A stretch of DNA of 62,357 nt, counting the filler, from Basidiobolus ranarum (lineage: Eukaryota), in NCBI GenBank assembly GCA_040143965.1. It is 19 parts of 19 records of this genome, joined end to end, with 100 filler letters (N's around TTAATTAATTAA, not from the genome) between each part and the next. Parts side by side here need not be neighbours in the genome. Positions count along the whole stretch, not along the records: positions 13,194 to 16,386 come from JASJQH010002661.1; positions 16,487 to 19,678 come from JASJQH010002662.1; positions 19,779 to 22,970 come from JASJQH010002663.1; positions 23,071 to 26,261 come from JASJQH010002664.1; 15 more parts are not named here. The stretch is one strand, 5' to 3'. The position numbers and the translations under genes are program-made. This document shows positions 13,094 to 26,112 of the stretch, piece by piece. The notes under the pieces were generated by a model. That model had not been told where the DNA came from. It searched no databases and saw only the letters and a list, made by a program, of their open reading frames with translations. Each line of letters begins with the position of its first letter. Positions within the stretch are counted from its first letter, which is position 1.

Positions 13094-13852
13094 NNNNNNN
13101 NNNNNNNNNNNNNNNNNNNNNNNNNNNNNNNNNNNNNTTAATTAATTAANNNNNNNNNNNNNNNNNNNNNNNNNNNNNNNNNNNNNNNNNNNNACACAGA
13201 CATCGATTCCTGAATCAATAATCCTGATTCAATTCCATCCACATCTCGATTGTGTACCATCTAAAATGGAATGATAGCGAAACAATCTGGGATCTGAGAG
13301 ATAAGAACCCAAGTAGCTAAGGTTTTAGAGGTTACCAGATACACGCCTAACCAAAGCCAACTTACAATTTATGCCATTTCCATTTTCGGTTATTTGTAAT
13401 TCATATGATTTTACTGCTGATTGTATAGCTAGGCCTGATATATATTGCATGCGCTGACATCAACAACTAGGCCTAATATATAGCCAGCACTGGTAGCTAG
13501 GCCTGATCTAGTCCAGAGCTACTAAGATTCGAATCTGAGCTTAGATGAGAGTTGTTCTGGACATGATTAAACGTTGATCCGTGAAAGATATTCCATTAAG
13601 GATTAGAGTCGAATTTATCATAAATGTCAATTTTGTTGGCCAAAGGCGTTTGTTCTCATTATCAATACCCACCAACCCTGCTTAATATGCCTCATTTTAC
13701 GAACCTAACCCTGGCCAAGGTTATAGAAGGTAGGCGGGAGTATCTTATTCCATAGGCCTCTATAGGCCTTGCTGGAATAGAGGGTCCAAATGGATATAAC
13801 ATGAGAGTCCAAATGAATACAATATGGGGGTCCAAATGTATATCGTCATTGT

Positions 13853-13945
13853 GGAATCAGGACCCTATTGAGTATTAGAATATTCACAACTATTCATGAG
13901 GAATCAGGACCCTATTGAGTATTAGAATATTCACAACTATTCATG
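13853..13945 (+). repeat. Perfect tandem duplication of 46 bp (period 47)
   Basis: GGAATCAGGACCCTATTGAGTATTAGAATATTCACAACTATTCATG at 13853 and 13900. Confidence 0.95.
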
Positions 13946-15122
13946 TGCAATTGGTTGCTTTCGATCCAAGTTGTGGATTTGTTTACGGGGAAGTTCTACT
14001 TCTGTTTGGAACAGTAACGCCTCGCCTTGCAGTTGTCAAATTGCATGAGTGTCACTAAATCGGAAGTTATTGCATCATACCGAAAGTGGGGGGCATAGGG
14101 GACAGATAACCAAAATCATGATGATCAAGTGTATATCTATATATATGCGTTTATACATCGAATTCTGAAGCTTTTCTTGGCACGAAGCGGCAGTTTGATT
14201 GTTAAATCATTTAACTACTGACCTGTGTCAAATCATCCAACTACTGGATTTGATGTATTCTTGCTCTCAAACAATGGTGTTTCAAAGTTCGTATGTTTCT
14301 TTTGTGCCATTTCATCTTTAGTTGAGTTGCCAGCACGATATCTTAGATTGTTCTCCAAGTGTTTCAATTTGGACAATGGCTGCATCTTTCCAAGTATTAT
14401 TTAGTAGCTATTAATATATGCTTTAGCTCCAATTGACAGGAAGTTTGATTGTGCGTTAATGTATTCACGTATTATAGTTACAAACCAACCAGGTAACCTC
14501 GGTTCTAGGATTCTAAGAAAGTCTGAAACAAAAACTCAAGGGGCTTTGGCTGAGTTCAAAATTTGGATCTTTTCTCAGAACGCCGGAGATACATAGACAG
14601 TAATGGCAACTTTGGATCAATTAAAATAACCCACTCAACTACTTTTTCTGCAAGCTTTTTTTAAATGGTGATATCTCTGTATTCACTTCATGTTTCTACT
14701 TGAGGCCCTATTTGTCAGACAGTACTCAGAATCCCCATAACAGTCATTGATATTATGAAGGTGATTCCACTACTCTTGGTGCTGTTATCCAACTTTGCAT
14801 TCATTAGAGTCAGTGAATCAATTTTGAGCGTAACATGCTTTTTGCACTGGGATTGTACATTGTTAACTATTGCATACATTATAGATATAGAGAAGATGAT
14901 GTGGTCAGTAATTTGTACAGTGAAGATACCTCCTGAAGTGGCTTCCTCGACTAACATACTTATGAGAAAAATCTTATACTCAGAAATAAAAATGGTGAGA
15001 GACTTGTTCCAACTCAATCACATAGGGTATATCTCTGAAAGATTGCATACAATGTGGTGAGATAGAATGAGTTTAGATCAAAATCTCTTAAATTAGGTTC
15101 ATTGATCAATGGATGCTTCTTT

Positions 15123-15471
15123 GGTTAAAGTATTTTGGGAGCCTGATGGAAGTAGTTAGGAGAACTAGAGAAATTGGTGGTTTTTGCTTGTTGGTTTATT
15201 GAGTAGAAAGTTGACATTTATAGTTTTGTCAAGATGTAAGCAAAATAACATGTAGAATCTGCTACAAAAGGTCCCAGGAGCATGTGTGCAAAGCGTGGGG
15301 CTTCTAGTGCAAGTCATCAAAATCTATATATCTGAGAACTTCCAAGTTGGTATGGTTATTCTAAGTAAAATCCAATTGAGAAAAATGGGTGCTATCTTTG
15401 TGAAGTATAGGATAACTAAATACTAAACTATATATGACTATATAGGTGTTTAGGCAATTCCAATTTCAACA
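15123..15471 (-). mobile_element. Copia LTR-A copy, followed by a plus-strand LTR-A 3' end to 15526; more LTR-A pieces at about 15939-16336
   Basis: Reverse-complement homolog of LTR 49934-50282. Confidence 0.8.
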
Positions 15472-16486
15472 ATAACCATTAATTTCTCTATTTCTCCAAA
15501 CAACTTCCAATCTAAAATACTTTAACAAATACTTCAACATTGAATGCTGAGTTACAACCAGGACTCTCTTTTATACACTTCTGGAAAAGGCTAACTCCAG
15601 ATAAGCAACTTACATGTTGCTTTCACACCTAAACTTAAATGCAGCAGAGTGCAGTTAGTTAACAATATAGCTCTAAAAGTTCACAAATGTGTACACTACA
15701 GGACCCAGACAATATTTTTTAAGTGTATCATTAAAATCTATTTCTGAGTACACTTGTACTCATATATTCAACAGCAAATACTTTAACAACATTTTGCATC
15801 AGGTTAGGGTCATATTCCTTATGCTACAACACCAATTAGATGTTTCCACAGCACTTGCTTTCAGTTGGATATCAGTGAAATACAGCTCATCATGCTTAAA
15901 TATATGTAATATATAAAAGCAAGTTTTGTTAATAGATCTGTGGAAGTAAGCATTGCCTAAACACCTATATAGTCATATATTGCTTAGTATTTATTTATTC
16001 TATATTCCACTAAGATATCTTCCAGTATTCTCAAGAGTAATTTGTTAATGTATTTGGGAGCCTGTTGGAAGTTGTTTGGTGAATTAGAGAAATTGGTGGT
16101 TTTCCCTTGTTGATTTATTGAGTAGAGAGTTGATATTTATAGTTTTGTCAAGATATAAGCAAACTATCATGTAGAATATGCTAAGAAAGATCTCAGGAAT
16201 ATTTGTGCAAAGTCTGGGGCTTCTAGCACAAGTTATCAAAGTCTATATATCTTCAAACTTCTAAGTAAATTCCTCATGAGAATAATGGATAATATCTTAG
16301 CAAATTATAAGATAACTAAGTACTTGTTAAAGTATTTGGGTGCATTTCTTACTTTTTGGATCAAATTTAGACTGATTTTTGGTCATNNNNNNNNNNNNNN
16401 NNNNNNNNNNNNNNNNNNNNNNNNNNNNNNTTAATTAATTAANNNNNNNNNNNNNNNNNNNNNNNNNNNNNNNNNNNNNNNNNNNN

Positions 16487-17440
16487 ACCGTTCAAGAGCT
16501 CTGGTTTAATCAAATCTTTCAAAAAATTGGATCTAATTCATTCAGATTTGTGTTGACCTATGCAAAATTTATCTTTAGACCAAAGTTAATCAAGTTCAAG
16601 GATGTTTTGCTTGTGGAAAATGGAAAATTTTCACCCAAGATGACCTCAGAGGATGACAAAAATTAATTTTTTCTGAACCAATCATTCAAACTGATTGAAA
16701 CCAAAACAATTAAGTAAATAGCAATTCTGAGGACCCTTCAACTAGAATTGTGCCTACCAAAGTGCCCAATACAATGCCAGAAGTTGAAGTACCTCTATCC
16801 CAAACCTGAAAATCAAATTTGATCAAAAGTAGCCCTGAATACTATATCAATGAGTCCAAAAACTAGACCTATGTGCACACAGCTCAAATACATGAACACC
16901 AGATTGTAAAAGAGGCCCTGAACGGCCTGCAAACAAAATTTTGGAGATATGCAATGACAGATTAGTACTAGGCTTTGATTGATAATCTAACTGGGACTTC
17001 TACTAACTTACTTGATGATAGCAAATCAATTGGCTGCCAATGGGTGTGTAAAGTTAAACATAACTCCAATATCAATATAGAATGATACACAGCTAGAATA
17101 GTGGCCAAAGGCTCAAAGCAGATGTTTTCTTATTCAACCAAGAGCCATAAACTTCCTCATCAATCATTGGTTGATAGTTTGATGCATATCTTAGTTGGAA
17201 CATGACCAGATGTTGCGTATTCAGTGGTAGTTATGTGCCAATATCTTCAAAATTGGTAATCTGATCAAATCATGGCAATTAAGCAGATTTTCACATATTT
17301 GAAAGGTACTGTGGATCTGTGATTAAAATACCCATATTCTGGATCAAACTTTGATTTGATGGGATATTCAGTTGCACATTGAGGAAGAGGTATTAAAGGC
17401 AGGAGATCCACAACAAAATACATCTTTCTTATGTCAAGTT
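16487..17440 (+). mobile_element. Internally deleted copia pol relic
   Basis: LIHSDLC, CQWVCKVK, PDVAYSV, RRSTTKY; homologous to rc of parts of 34380-35850. Confidence 0.8.
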
Positions 17441-18223
17441 TATCAAGACTGCCCATAAATACAAGCTAGGTTTCATAGTTAATACCTTGCCATTTGTAAA
17501 ATTGTTATGCATGTGTTGCTTTTCATTGGCCATATCTTCATTTGACGGCATACTTGAAATTTAGAATTGGTGGTTGCTTGTACCAAAGTGGATGGTGAAT
17601 CCAGAAAAATCTGCTTTGACTTGATATAAAACTATCATATATATATATATGATGTTAAACTTTATTGGTTTCAATCAGATTTGGGTATTTTTTTTTAAAT
17701 ATTGGTTAAAATGTGAAAGTTAATTTCCCACAGAGTCATTAGGCATAATGCATTACACATTGGGCCATTTGAATCTATTCAGATAATAAGTTGTACCAGA
17801 TCAAACTATGATAAACTGGGTTAATGTAGTATATTATTCAAAATCTATGCAATCAGGCATGGTTAAAACACTTCGCAGAATTAAGAAAAGCAGAAATTTT
17901 ATCATAGAGAATGTAGGGAATTTTACTATGATAATAAAGTTCTAAGATAAATACAACTTGTAAGTGGGATCATTCTCTATTGCACCAGCTCAATATAAAC
18001 TTAACAACATGCTCTCCATCCAAATCAGCATACCTCATTAATCCAAAATCAACTCCTATCTTTGCTATTGTCAACTCAGAAGCTACATTTGAGAAATACT
18101 GAGGCTCATGTACTCTCATATCTACTGGAAAGCTGCTTGCTGATTTATTTTTCTACTACAAGAACTATTGCCCAATCAGATTTTAATGCACTATCAATGG
18201 TGGCAAATGTGGGAGAAGCTTCC

Positions 18224-18753
18224 TGTCACAATAAGGAACTGGAGAAGGACTTGAAACAACAACAGGAGGCTGGAAGGCAGGAGAGTACTTGGGTGTAGAC
18301 CACAAGACAAGACAAGACTGGACAGGGAAGATACTTTGGCAAGAATCTTTATTGATAACTGGTGTTGATCAGACCTCAGTCTGATCAAGGAATACATTAA
18401 GCTTACATAGATATTGCAGGGTGAAACATAATATACTGAATAGGGAATATACTGTGGCAAGTTCAAGTGTTGGGGTGTTGGGGACTACAAGGACCAATAC
18501 AAAGGGGGATGATGTAAGGATGATCAGGTGACCTTCCATAGAAGGTTTTGGTTGAAATATACTATTTGTGGGATGATTTGATTTGTTAGGTTACATGGAA
18601 TATACCAAAGAACAAGACTTCCACATAAGATAGCCTGGATGAACTAGCACAAGATTGCCAAGAAGGGATGGTACAGCAGATATGATGTCATAATCTAATA
18701 ATAGAAGGGTTCCATTTGCAGTGGATGAGTATGCCAAGATCAGAATCATGACA
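18224..18753 (-). mobile_element. Solo LTR (LTR-C, about 530 bp, family unassigned)
   Basis: TGTCA...TGACA termini; second partial copy at 29649-29835; no matching TSD seen. Confidence 0.7.
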
Positions 18754-18801
18754 TCTATTCATCATGGATTTCAAAGATATCACCATTGAGATAATGAAAA
18801 T

Positions 18802-18983
18802 GGACTTGTTCCATTGTGCCAGGATTTATCAGACCTTGAATCAATATATTAAAGTAAATGTGATTGAAATTGATCATGCCAGAGTGTGATGGATAGTGCC
18901 AAATTGTACTGCATAAATTTTAGAATACTTTATCCAATATGATATATACAGCACAATCTGGCACTATCATAGAGAACAAGTCC
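18802..18983. mobile_element. MITE of the Harbinger/ISL2EU-like family
   Basis: Perfect 10-bp TIR GGACTTGTTC...GAACAAGTCC with AAT on both flanks; terminus shared with 6316, 10604, 22426. Confidence 0.7.
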
Positions 18984-19075
18984 AATGATTAATAAAAGTA
19001 TGTTCTTGATCAATAGTATTTGACTTGAAATACCCAGTAATTAATATATTTAATAGGCCTTCTTCTTCTTCTATT

Positions 19076-19399
19076 TGTTGAAATTAGCATTGCCTAAACT
19101 ATAGTCATATATAGTATGGTATTTAGTTATCCTATATTTCATCAAGATATTACCCATTATTCTCAAGAGGAATTTACTTAGAAGTTTGAAGATACATAGA
19201 TTTTTCAAACTTGTGCTAGAAGCCCCAAACTTTGCACACATGTTCCTTGGAGCTTCCTTAACACACTCTACATGCTAGTTTGGTTATATCTTGATACAAG
19301 TACAAATGTCAACTGAATACTCAATAAATCAATAAGTGATAATCACCAACTTCTCTAATTCTCCAAACCACTTCCAACAGGCTCTCAAATACTTTAACA
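19076..19399 (+). mobile_element. Solo copia LTR-A
   Basis: TGTTGAAATT...ACTTTAACA, homologous to 49934-50282. Confidence 0.85.
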
Positions 19400-19778
19400 G
19401 ATAGAGTTGAAGGGCTCAAAATCCTTACACTATGGTAAATTACTCCATATACTTATATACTCATGATTGTGAGTAGCTTGCATGCAACATATTCTATAGT
19501 GACTATCAATAGTATTCTTGCACAATAACTTGGATCCAAGATATTCTCCAGAGATAGATTGACAACATCTCTTGGTGGTAGCTATATTTGTAACTCTAGT
19601 GACAATATTGATGCTTAAGTTATTGTTTAAAGGAACACTTAGCTAAACCAATTCACACAAAGGTCTAAATGTAAATGANNNNNNNNNNNNNNNNNNNNNN
19701 NNNNNNNNNNNNNNNNNNNNNNTTAATTAATTAANNNNNNNNNNNNNNNNNNNNNNNNNNNNNNNNNNNNNNNNNNNN

Positions 19779-20052
19779 GAATTTGAAAGGTGACAAATTA
19801 TTGTTCAAGTGGTAAATGTGCAAAATTTGAGTTACATTTTTTGCACATCATTGCTCCATAGTTTGCTGAGATTGTAGCCAATCATATGCAACTATCTTGC
19901 AAGATCCTGAAATTTCACTCCTGAAACTGAAAATTTTGAGCAAAATCAAATCCAACTTGACAATTTTAAGATGTCAAGTAAACAATCAATCTCAAATGGA
20001 TTAAAATTGTGACAGTTTTCCCACAATGACAGTCCTCAAATATCCATTAGGG
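19779..20052 (-). mobile_element. CMC End A
   Basis: Ends CCTCAAATATCCATTAGGG. Confidence 0.75.
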
Positions 20053-20693
20053 AGTTCTGTAGTTGGTTGAACATTCTCCTAAACACAAGAGAGACTAGAG
20101 TGGATACACAGAGTGCAGCAATTGTAGTGTTGATAGCATATTGAGGCATTGGGATTGACTTGTCCCAACTCTTCTTCACTTCTTTGATGGAAATACAAAT
20201 TATGTTCACAGAGGTTTGAACATGTCTTTCTGCCAGTCCACTAGCTTTACAACAATAAAGAGTGATCAGTCTGTGATCAATGGTAGAGTGCTGTGATGAC
20301 TTGGTCATCAAACTCAGCTCCATGATCACATTGAATGAATTTGGGGAATCCAAAGAGGCAGAATAGCTTGATTAATGCTTGGGCAATGGTAGTAGCAAAT
20401 TTGTCTGGTAGAGCTTTGAGAAAAACAAAATATGTACAAACATCTACTATCACAAAAGGGTAGTGGTTTCCATCATCCCAGGTTGTGAAAGGTCCAGCTA
20501 GATCAACTGCAATATGGTCCATGGGGAGTTTGGCATATATAGCAGTCAAAGGATGAAATCCATGGTTTATGATATTGAAAAGTAGATAATTCTCTGCAAG
20601 AATTTACATAATCAGGGCTGTCACATTGATGTTAGGCCCATGGTATTCATTGGAGTGTGACTTCTTCATAAGGTTATGGGCTCCAAAGTGTCC
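20053..20693 (-). mobile_element. Ty3/gypsy integrase core fragment
   Basis: GHFG zinc-finger remnant; PMDHIAVDLAGPF...IVDVCT...FGFPKFIQCDHGAEF; ASGLAERHV. Confidence 0.85.
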
Positions 20694-21300
20694 CTCTAAC
20701 AAAAATAAAATTGAGTTGTTCTGGGCAAGATCTACCCATTAGGGTCTCAAAACCGTCAGAGAACCATCACAATATTGGTAGCTTGCATTCTGCCAGGGAT
20801 CTTGATGGTGCAATGGTGGCTTCTTGGCAGTATTTTGATGGTATTTGTATATGTTAAAATATTGATCCCCAAATTTGGCATGCATTATTTAATTTCAGGC
20901 AAATTTTGCATAAATATAATCTCTGAATGGCAAATTTCTGGGTTTACCACTGTAGGAATTTGAATTAATATGCATGCCTTTGTTTAGATATTTTTGGCTT
21001 TGTGTTCTAGCCATAATGAGAATCCAAAAATACAAGTATCTCATTGTGTTTAGTCTCTACATGTTCACATACATGACTGATCAGATATAACTCAATAACA
21101 TCAATATGCTTCAACAGCAAACTAATGGTGGAAAAGTTGCTAAACATCTGAAATTTTGAATCACATAGACACTTGGTAAATTGCTTACTTTTGTCACCAT
21201 TCATAATGAGAATAAGCTCTTTTATTTTGGCATATTTTCATAATGAATTCAGCCAAAATATCCCCAACATGCAGTCAACAAATGTCCTGCCACAAGAAAA
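20694..21300 (-). mobile_element. CMC End B and tnp2 3' region
   Basis: CTCTAACAAAAATAAAATT terminus; homology to 7467-8060. Confidence 0.8.
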
Positions 21301-21303
21301 TGT

Positions 21304-22425
21304 TGTTAAAATTATAATTACCTAAACATCTGTATAGTCCTATATAGCTCAGTATTTAGTTGTCTTTTAATTCACTAAGATATTATCCATTATTTGCAAT
21401 TGGAATTTACTTAGAATATTTTTATTAACTTAAAAGTTCTAAGATATATAGATTTTTCAAACTTGTGCTTGAAGCCCCAAACTTTGCACACATGTTCCTG
21501 GGACCTTCCTTAACACACTCTATATGTTACTTTGCTTACATCTTGACAGAGCTATAAGTGTCAGCTTTCTACTCAATAAGTCAATAAGTGTAAACCACCA
21601 ATTCCTCTAAATCTTCAAACCACTCCCAACAGGTTCAAAATACTTTAACAGGTTACAAGCCTTGAGCTTGCACTCTCTGCAATGTCTGCTTCTCAAATCT
21701 ATGGAACTTTTCTCTCTTCTGAAAAATTGGATGGAACCAATTATCAAGTTTGCAAAATTAAAATGAAAATGCTGCTGCAAGGAAAAGGACTTTTGGACAC
21801 TATTGTAGGAGAAGAAAACAATGCAAAACAATCTGAAGCAAAATAAAATAGAACAAAGTTCCTTTAACATAATTTGTCTTAATGTTACAGAAGATCACTT
21901 GTTCATATATGCTCTATCTATGACTACCAACAAGGATTCTCAGATATGGTATATTGATTATGGAGCTTCCCAACATTTAACAAATGCAAAACCTTGGTTT
22001 GTGGATTATGAACGAATCCCAATTTGAAAGATTTTCATGCAAGATGACTGCACATTGGATGCTATTGGAATGGGAACAATTCAAGTCAATTTAACTGGAG
22101 CCGTAGGAATATGTGCAAATAAATTATTCCAATTAAGAAACTTTTCAATTATGGTACAAGAGATTTGGCCATATTGGATTTGATTATTTGAGCAAAATGA
22201 TAAAAAATTGCCTAAGTTTTGGAATTCAATTTAATCCCCCAACCAAAATGGAAATTTGTGAGGGTTGTATATATGGAAAAAAGCCAGGCAACCACTCAAG
22301 AACTCTGGTTTAATCAAATCTATGAAAAATTTGAATCTAATGCATTCAGATTTGTGTGGAAATATGCAAAATTTATCTTCAGGTGGAAAAAGATATTTAA
22401 TCAAATTTTTTGAGAATTACACAAG
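21304..22425 (+). mobile_element. Copia (LTR-A family): 5' LTR to 21650, degenerate PBS, deleted gag/protease/integrase
   Basis: TTTAACA|GGTTACAAGCC; LDGTNYQ..KIKMKMLLQ; WYIDYGASQHLT; LMHSDLCG. Confidence 0.85.
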
Positions 22426-22970
22426 AGACATGTTCCATTTTATTGAGCCATATCAGGCCAGCTAAAAAGTGTGCCAGCACAAATTCACATGATTGGGCAC
22501 TATCCACCATGATGTTATTTACTGTTTTGTAAACAATTTATTTACTTATGTGGTATATTTAAGAAAAGTACTTTTATACATTATTGCACAGTCAAAAGAT
22601 GATGAAAGCTTTATTCATAGTGTCTTAAGTCTAGAGCTTTCAATGGATAACTTTGAGTATGAATGTATTGAGAATTAATCAAGATTTTGACTACTTTCCT
22701 TAACTTTGATTGAGGCCCACAAAATGATATTCCTCTATACTTTCCTGCTACAATGCTTTAACTCTTTAGGAAACCAAAGCTATGTTCTACTCTTGCCCTA
22801 AAATGGGAACAAATGTCATTATAAAGCTTTTGCCTCTCTGTGAATATCCCTCCTCTGTGCCTCTCGTTAGCAGTGGCAAATCCTAGCCTTCTGCATTCTT
22901 CCCCAACATATGCTAAATCACCCATAGTCTTCCCATCTCTTACAAATGGTGCCTGCCTTTCAACCCAAAG
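22426..22970 (-). mobile_element. PIF-Harbinger/ISL2EU-like transposon: DDE_Tnp_4-type transposase C-terminus and 3' end
   Basis: Manual minus-strand translation from 22970: MGDLAYVG...QKLYNDICSHFRARVEHSFGFLKS*SIVAGKYRG; terminus AGACATGTTCCATT. Confidence 0.75.
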
Positions 22971-23070
22971 NNNNNNNNNNNNNNNNNNNNNNNNNNNNNN
23001 NNNNNNNNNNNNNNTTAATTAATTAANNNNNNNNNNNNNNNNNNNNNNNNNNNNNNNNNNNNNNNNNNNN

Positions 23071-23199
23071 ATCGAGTTTTGCGTTCAACTCACGCTCCAG
23101 GCGGAGAAGTTCTTTCTCACGTTCAGTGAGTTGCTCTTCATCAGCAGCGCCGATTTCCATCTGTTGGAGCTCGTGAATGTCCTTCTCGTTTGTAGCCAT
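23071..23199 (-). CDS. 5' end of unknown gene (left copy of inverted pair), truncated by contig end
   Basis: MATNEKDIHELQQMEIGAADEEQLTEREKELLRLERELNAKLD; TATAAATA about 55 bp upstream; near-identical to 26113+. Confidence 0.7.
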
Positions 23200-26112
23200 G
23201 ATCGGTAGAGCTGAGGATTGAATACTTTCTCTCTACGTGCAGCTCATCTAATATTTATACAATTTATCACCAAGGTTGGCGCAAGCTGGTATAGTACGGT
23301 CATTCATCTTGTGATAGGACATATGCATGCACCATCATCTTATTGGAAGGTTGCAACAGCATCAAGTTTTCACAGATTTCCCAAGTATACAATATCTCTG
23401 CAACTAGAGACATTTGCAGTAACAAGTGGAGCCTATAGTAGCTGTCTGATTAATGGTTGCTTTCGGGATATTGAACTGGTTATTCGGTTGCTCAAGTATT
23501 GACAGTGCTTAATCCTGATATAGGGAGCTCCATTAGCCAGTCATTGAACGTATGTTTCATCTTTTATTCCCACCAAATTTTCAATTCAAAATCACAATGA
23601 AATCCTACCATTACTGGCAATCTCAATAAAGGTTTATTACTGATAATCTCAGTATAAACTTCCATTCAAATCCACAAATTTGGGAATACAACCGATGAGA
23701 GTCAACTGACTGTTGCTGTATGGGGCCAGATTATATCCTAAATGTTGGATCGTTTAACTTTAGATGTCGCACCAACCGGGATCTAAGATATATTTGGATC
23801 GTATACATTAGAATGATTTCCAGGACGATAAGTGTTTCGAGCATTTAACTTCATAAATCCTATTCAGTGGAGTTCGTTTAACATATGTTTTATCGATGTG
23901 TCAACCTGATTATCTAAACCTTAACCCTATCGCCTGTCACCTTGACGGAAATCCATATCGTTTCGGGAGTGTTCCAATATGTGTTAGTCTAATAGTCAAA
24001 GTACCACACAGTGCACATTAAATTGATAATCAGAGTGGAATTGAGTGTTGTTACTCATTTATGGAAACAGCTAGAACTTCTTAGGTAATTCTGGAATATC
24101 GACTTCACCCATATAGAAATTGCATAAAGATAAATGGCCATGAGAAATTGCATAAAGATAAATGGCTATGATCTAGGAGAATAGCAATGAAGTCTTTCTG
24201 ATAGTAGTCGTGATTGAAACCTGGAAAATTCTCACGGATTCGGATATCAAATGGCTCGTAGATGTAATACCAACATTGTACCTATTAATACCAATCTATC
24301 TTGTTAGTTGGTATCATTCTAGTTCGTATATCTAGACAAGCATCATGGACCTGTAGATGGAAAATCCTTCTCAATGCCAGTTTACTTCATTAACGTATAT
24401 GCTTACTCTCTCGATTGCATCGTTAAACCCTTTGTACGACACATGGCTACTAACATGTTAACATGTTTCTTAGAAATGTTTGTTTTGCGTGGATATATAG
24501 CTTGCGAATGTGTTGCTAACTCATGAAAAGACCGGAGTACAACACTCCTGATTCCCATAATTGATCATCCATTGTTACGCCAATCAAGAAACCACGCTTA
24601 CAGTTGTAAATTGAGTTATGAATCTTCCCATGAATCATTTAAACCAAGATTAACTTCAGAACTAATCCAATTGAAGTCGAACAGCCTGTCACCTATATTC
24701 CCACACTCTCGTTTCAAGTGTAGGCCATGCTGTTATGAAACTGGCTTTATACTGTTTGAGCAGGGTATGAGGGCTTCGATGTAGTTGACAGATGTGCGTG
24801 TGAAATCCCATTTACTATTTGCACTGTGACTAAAGACATGCTACGTGGAAAGAATCGAGGATGAGTGAAAGATGGCTTATAAGTGTTCGTTATAAGGAAG
24901 GAATAGAAGCCAGTTTATGCAGACCGTACATGCTGCGTATACATATATTAAATCTATGTACCATGTGTAGAATATTCTTTCCATTCTGAAAATGCGATAA
25001 TCAGGTGAAGCTTGCTACAATCAGGTAAGATTTATATAAAAGCTAGTACGGATCTGAAACGCTGAAACTTTAATAATTGGAGAAATAGTGTTTAGCATTT
25101 TAGGCAGCTGTTGTCAAACAACCAAGGAAATGTATTGAAAATAATAAAGTTACGATGCTTATTCACCTTCTGTTAAACTACAGTGGTTCATGAGTATAAC
25201 ACTACAATGAAGGACGCCTCCATAATTGCCAATTATGATGCTCGCACTTTTCACTCGATCAATTTTAGTAACTATCCGGGTTATTCCATTCGGGGACCCG
25301 TTTGGGGACCCATTGGAGAATTTGCAACAATCCAGTCATAGTGAGATGGCTATTTAAGCGCATAAGCTGTTAATCACATAAATGGCACATTGTGTAATCA
25401 TCCATATTTCATTCAAAATGGCTACTTGCTTTTTTTTGGTGGCTATTTGCGGGAGCAACAGGCACCAATGCAATCCCATGATACTCTGTGGAATCCTAAT
25501 ATAGTTAGTGAAAGCTAAATATGCTTTTGAGTTTAGGGTCAAGTATTTTCTATCAGTTAGACAATTGCTATATGAGCACAGTGAGAGTATTTGTTATATT
25601 GTTGTATGTACGTGCAACTAGTGATGTTACATATGCACTGATACATCATAGTTATTTCAATCTGAAGTGGCCTTTATTCCTGTCAAAATCACTCTCTGGA
25701 CGTAATTCCAATTTGTATCTATCATATATGTATATTATCCACTACCTAAACTAATATCATTAATATATATGATCCACTAACTAAGAAATGAAATTATATA
25801 CAATTTTATATACTCAATCGCGAAATCCACAACTAGGGACATAATTACCTTATTGCTGATTTAGAAGGACACGCTATAACCGGTCAGATCAGGTTAACCA
25901 AACCGAGTCCCCCCCCCCCAGTTAACACTGAAATGGAAACGTCAGGATTTCTGCAACACTGGATCCGCGATTCAAGTCGATCTGGATATCAGTTGTTAGT
26001 GATGAGCATACCATCTATTTAGAAATCTGCCATTTCTAAACATTCCCTGCTGGAGGCTATATAAGAGAAATAAGAGGAAGATGAATAGACGCAATCCTCA
26101 GCTCAACTAACT

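Noticed and set aside
13424..13510. CRISPR-like palindromic repeats with spacers
   Set aside because: Only three short, inexact repeats, eukaryotic context and no cas genes
13524..13540. GATTCGAATC as a tRNA T-loop
   Set aside because: A simple palindrome; I could not build a cloverleaf around it
23218..25754. Several 60-95 aa ORFs in the spacer of the inverted gene pair
   Set aside because: Mostly non-ATG starts, no motifs, and lengths expected by chance
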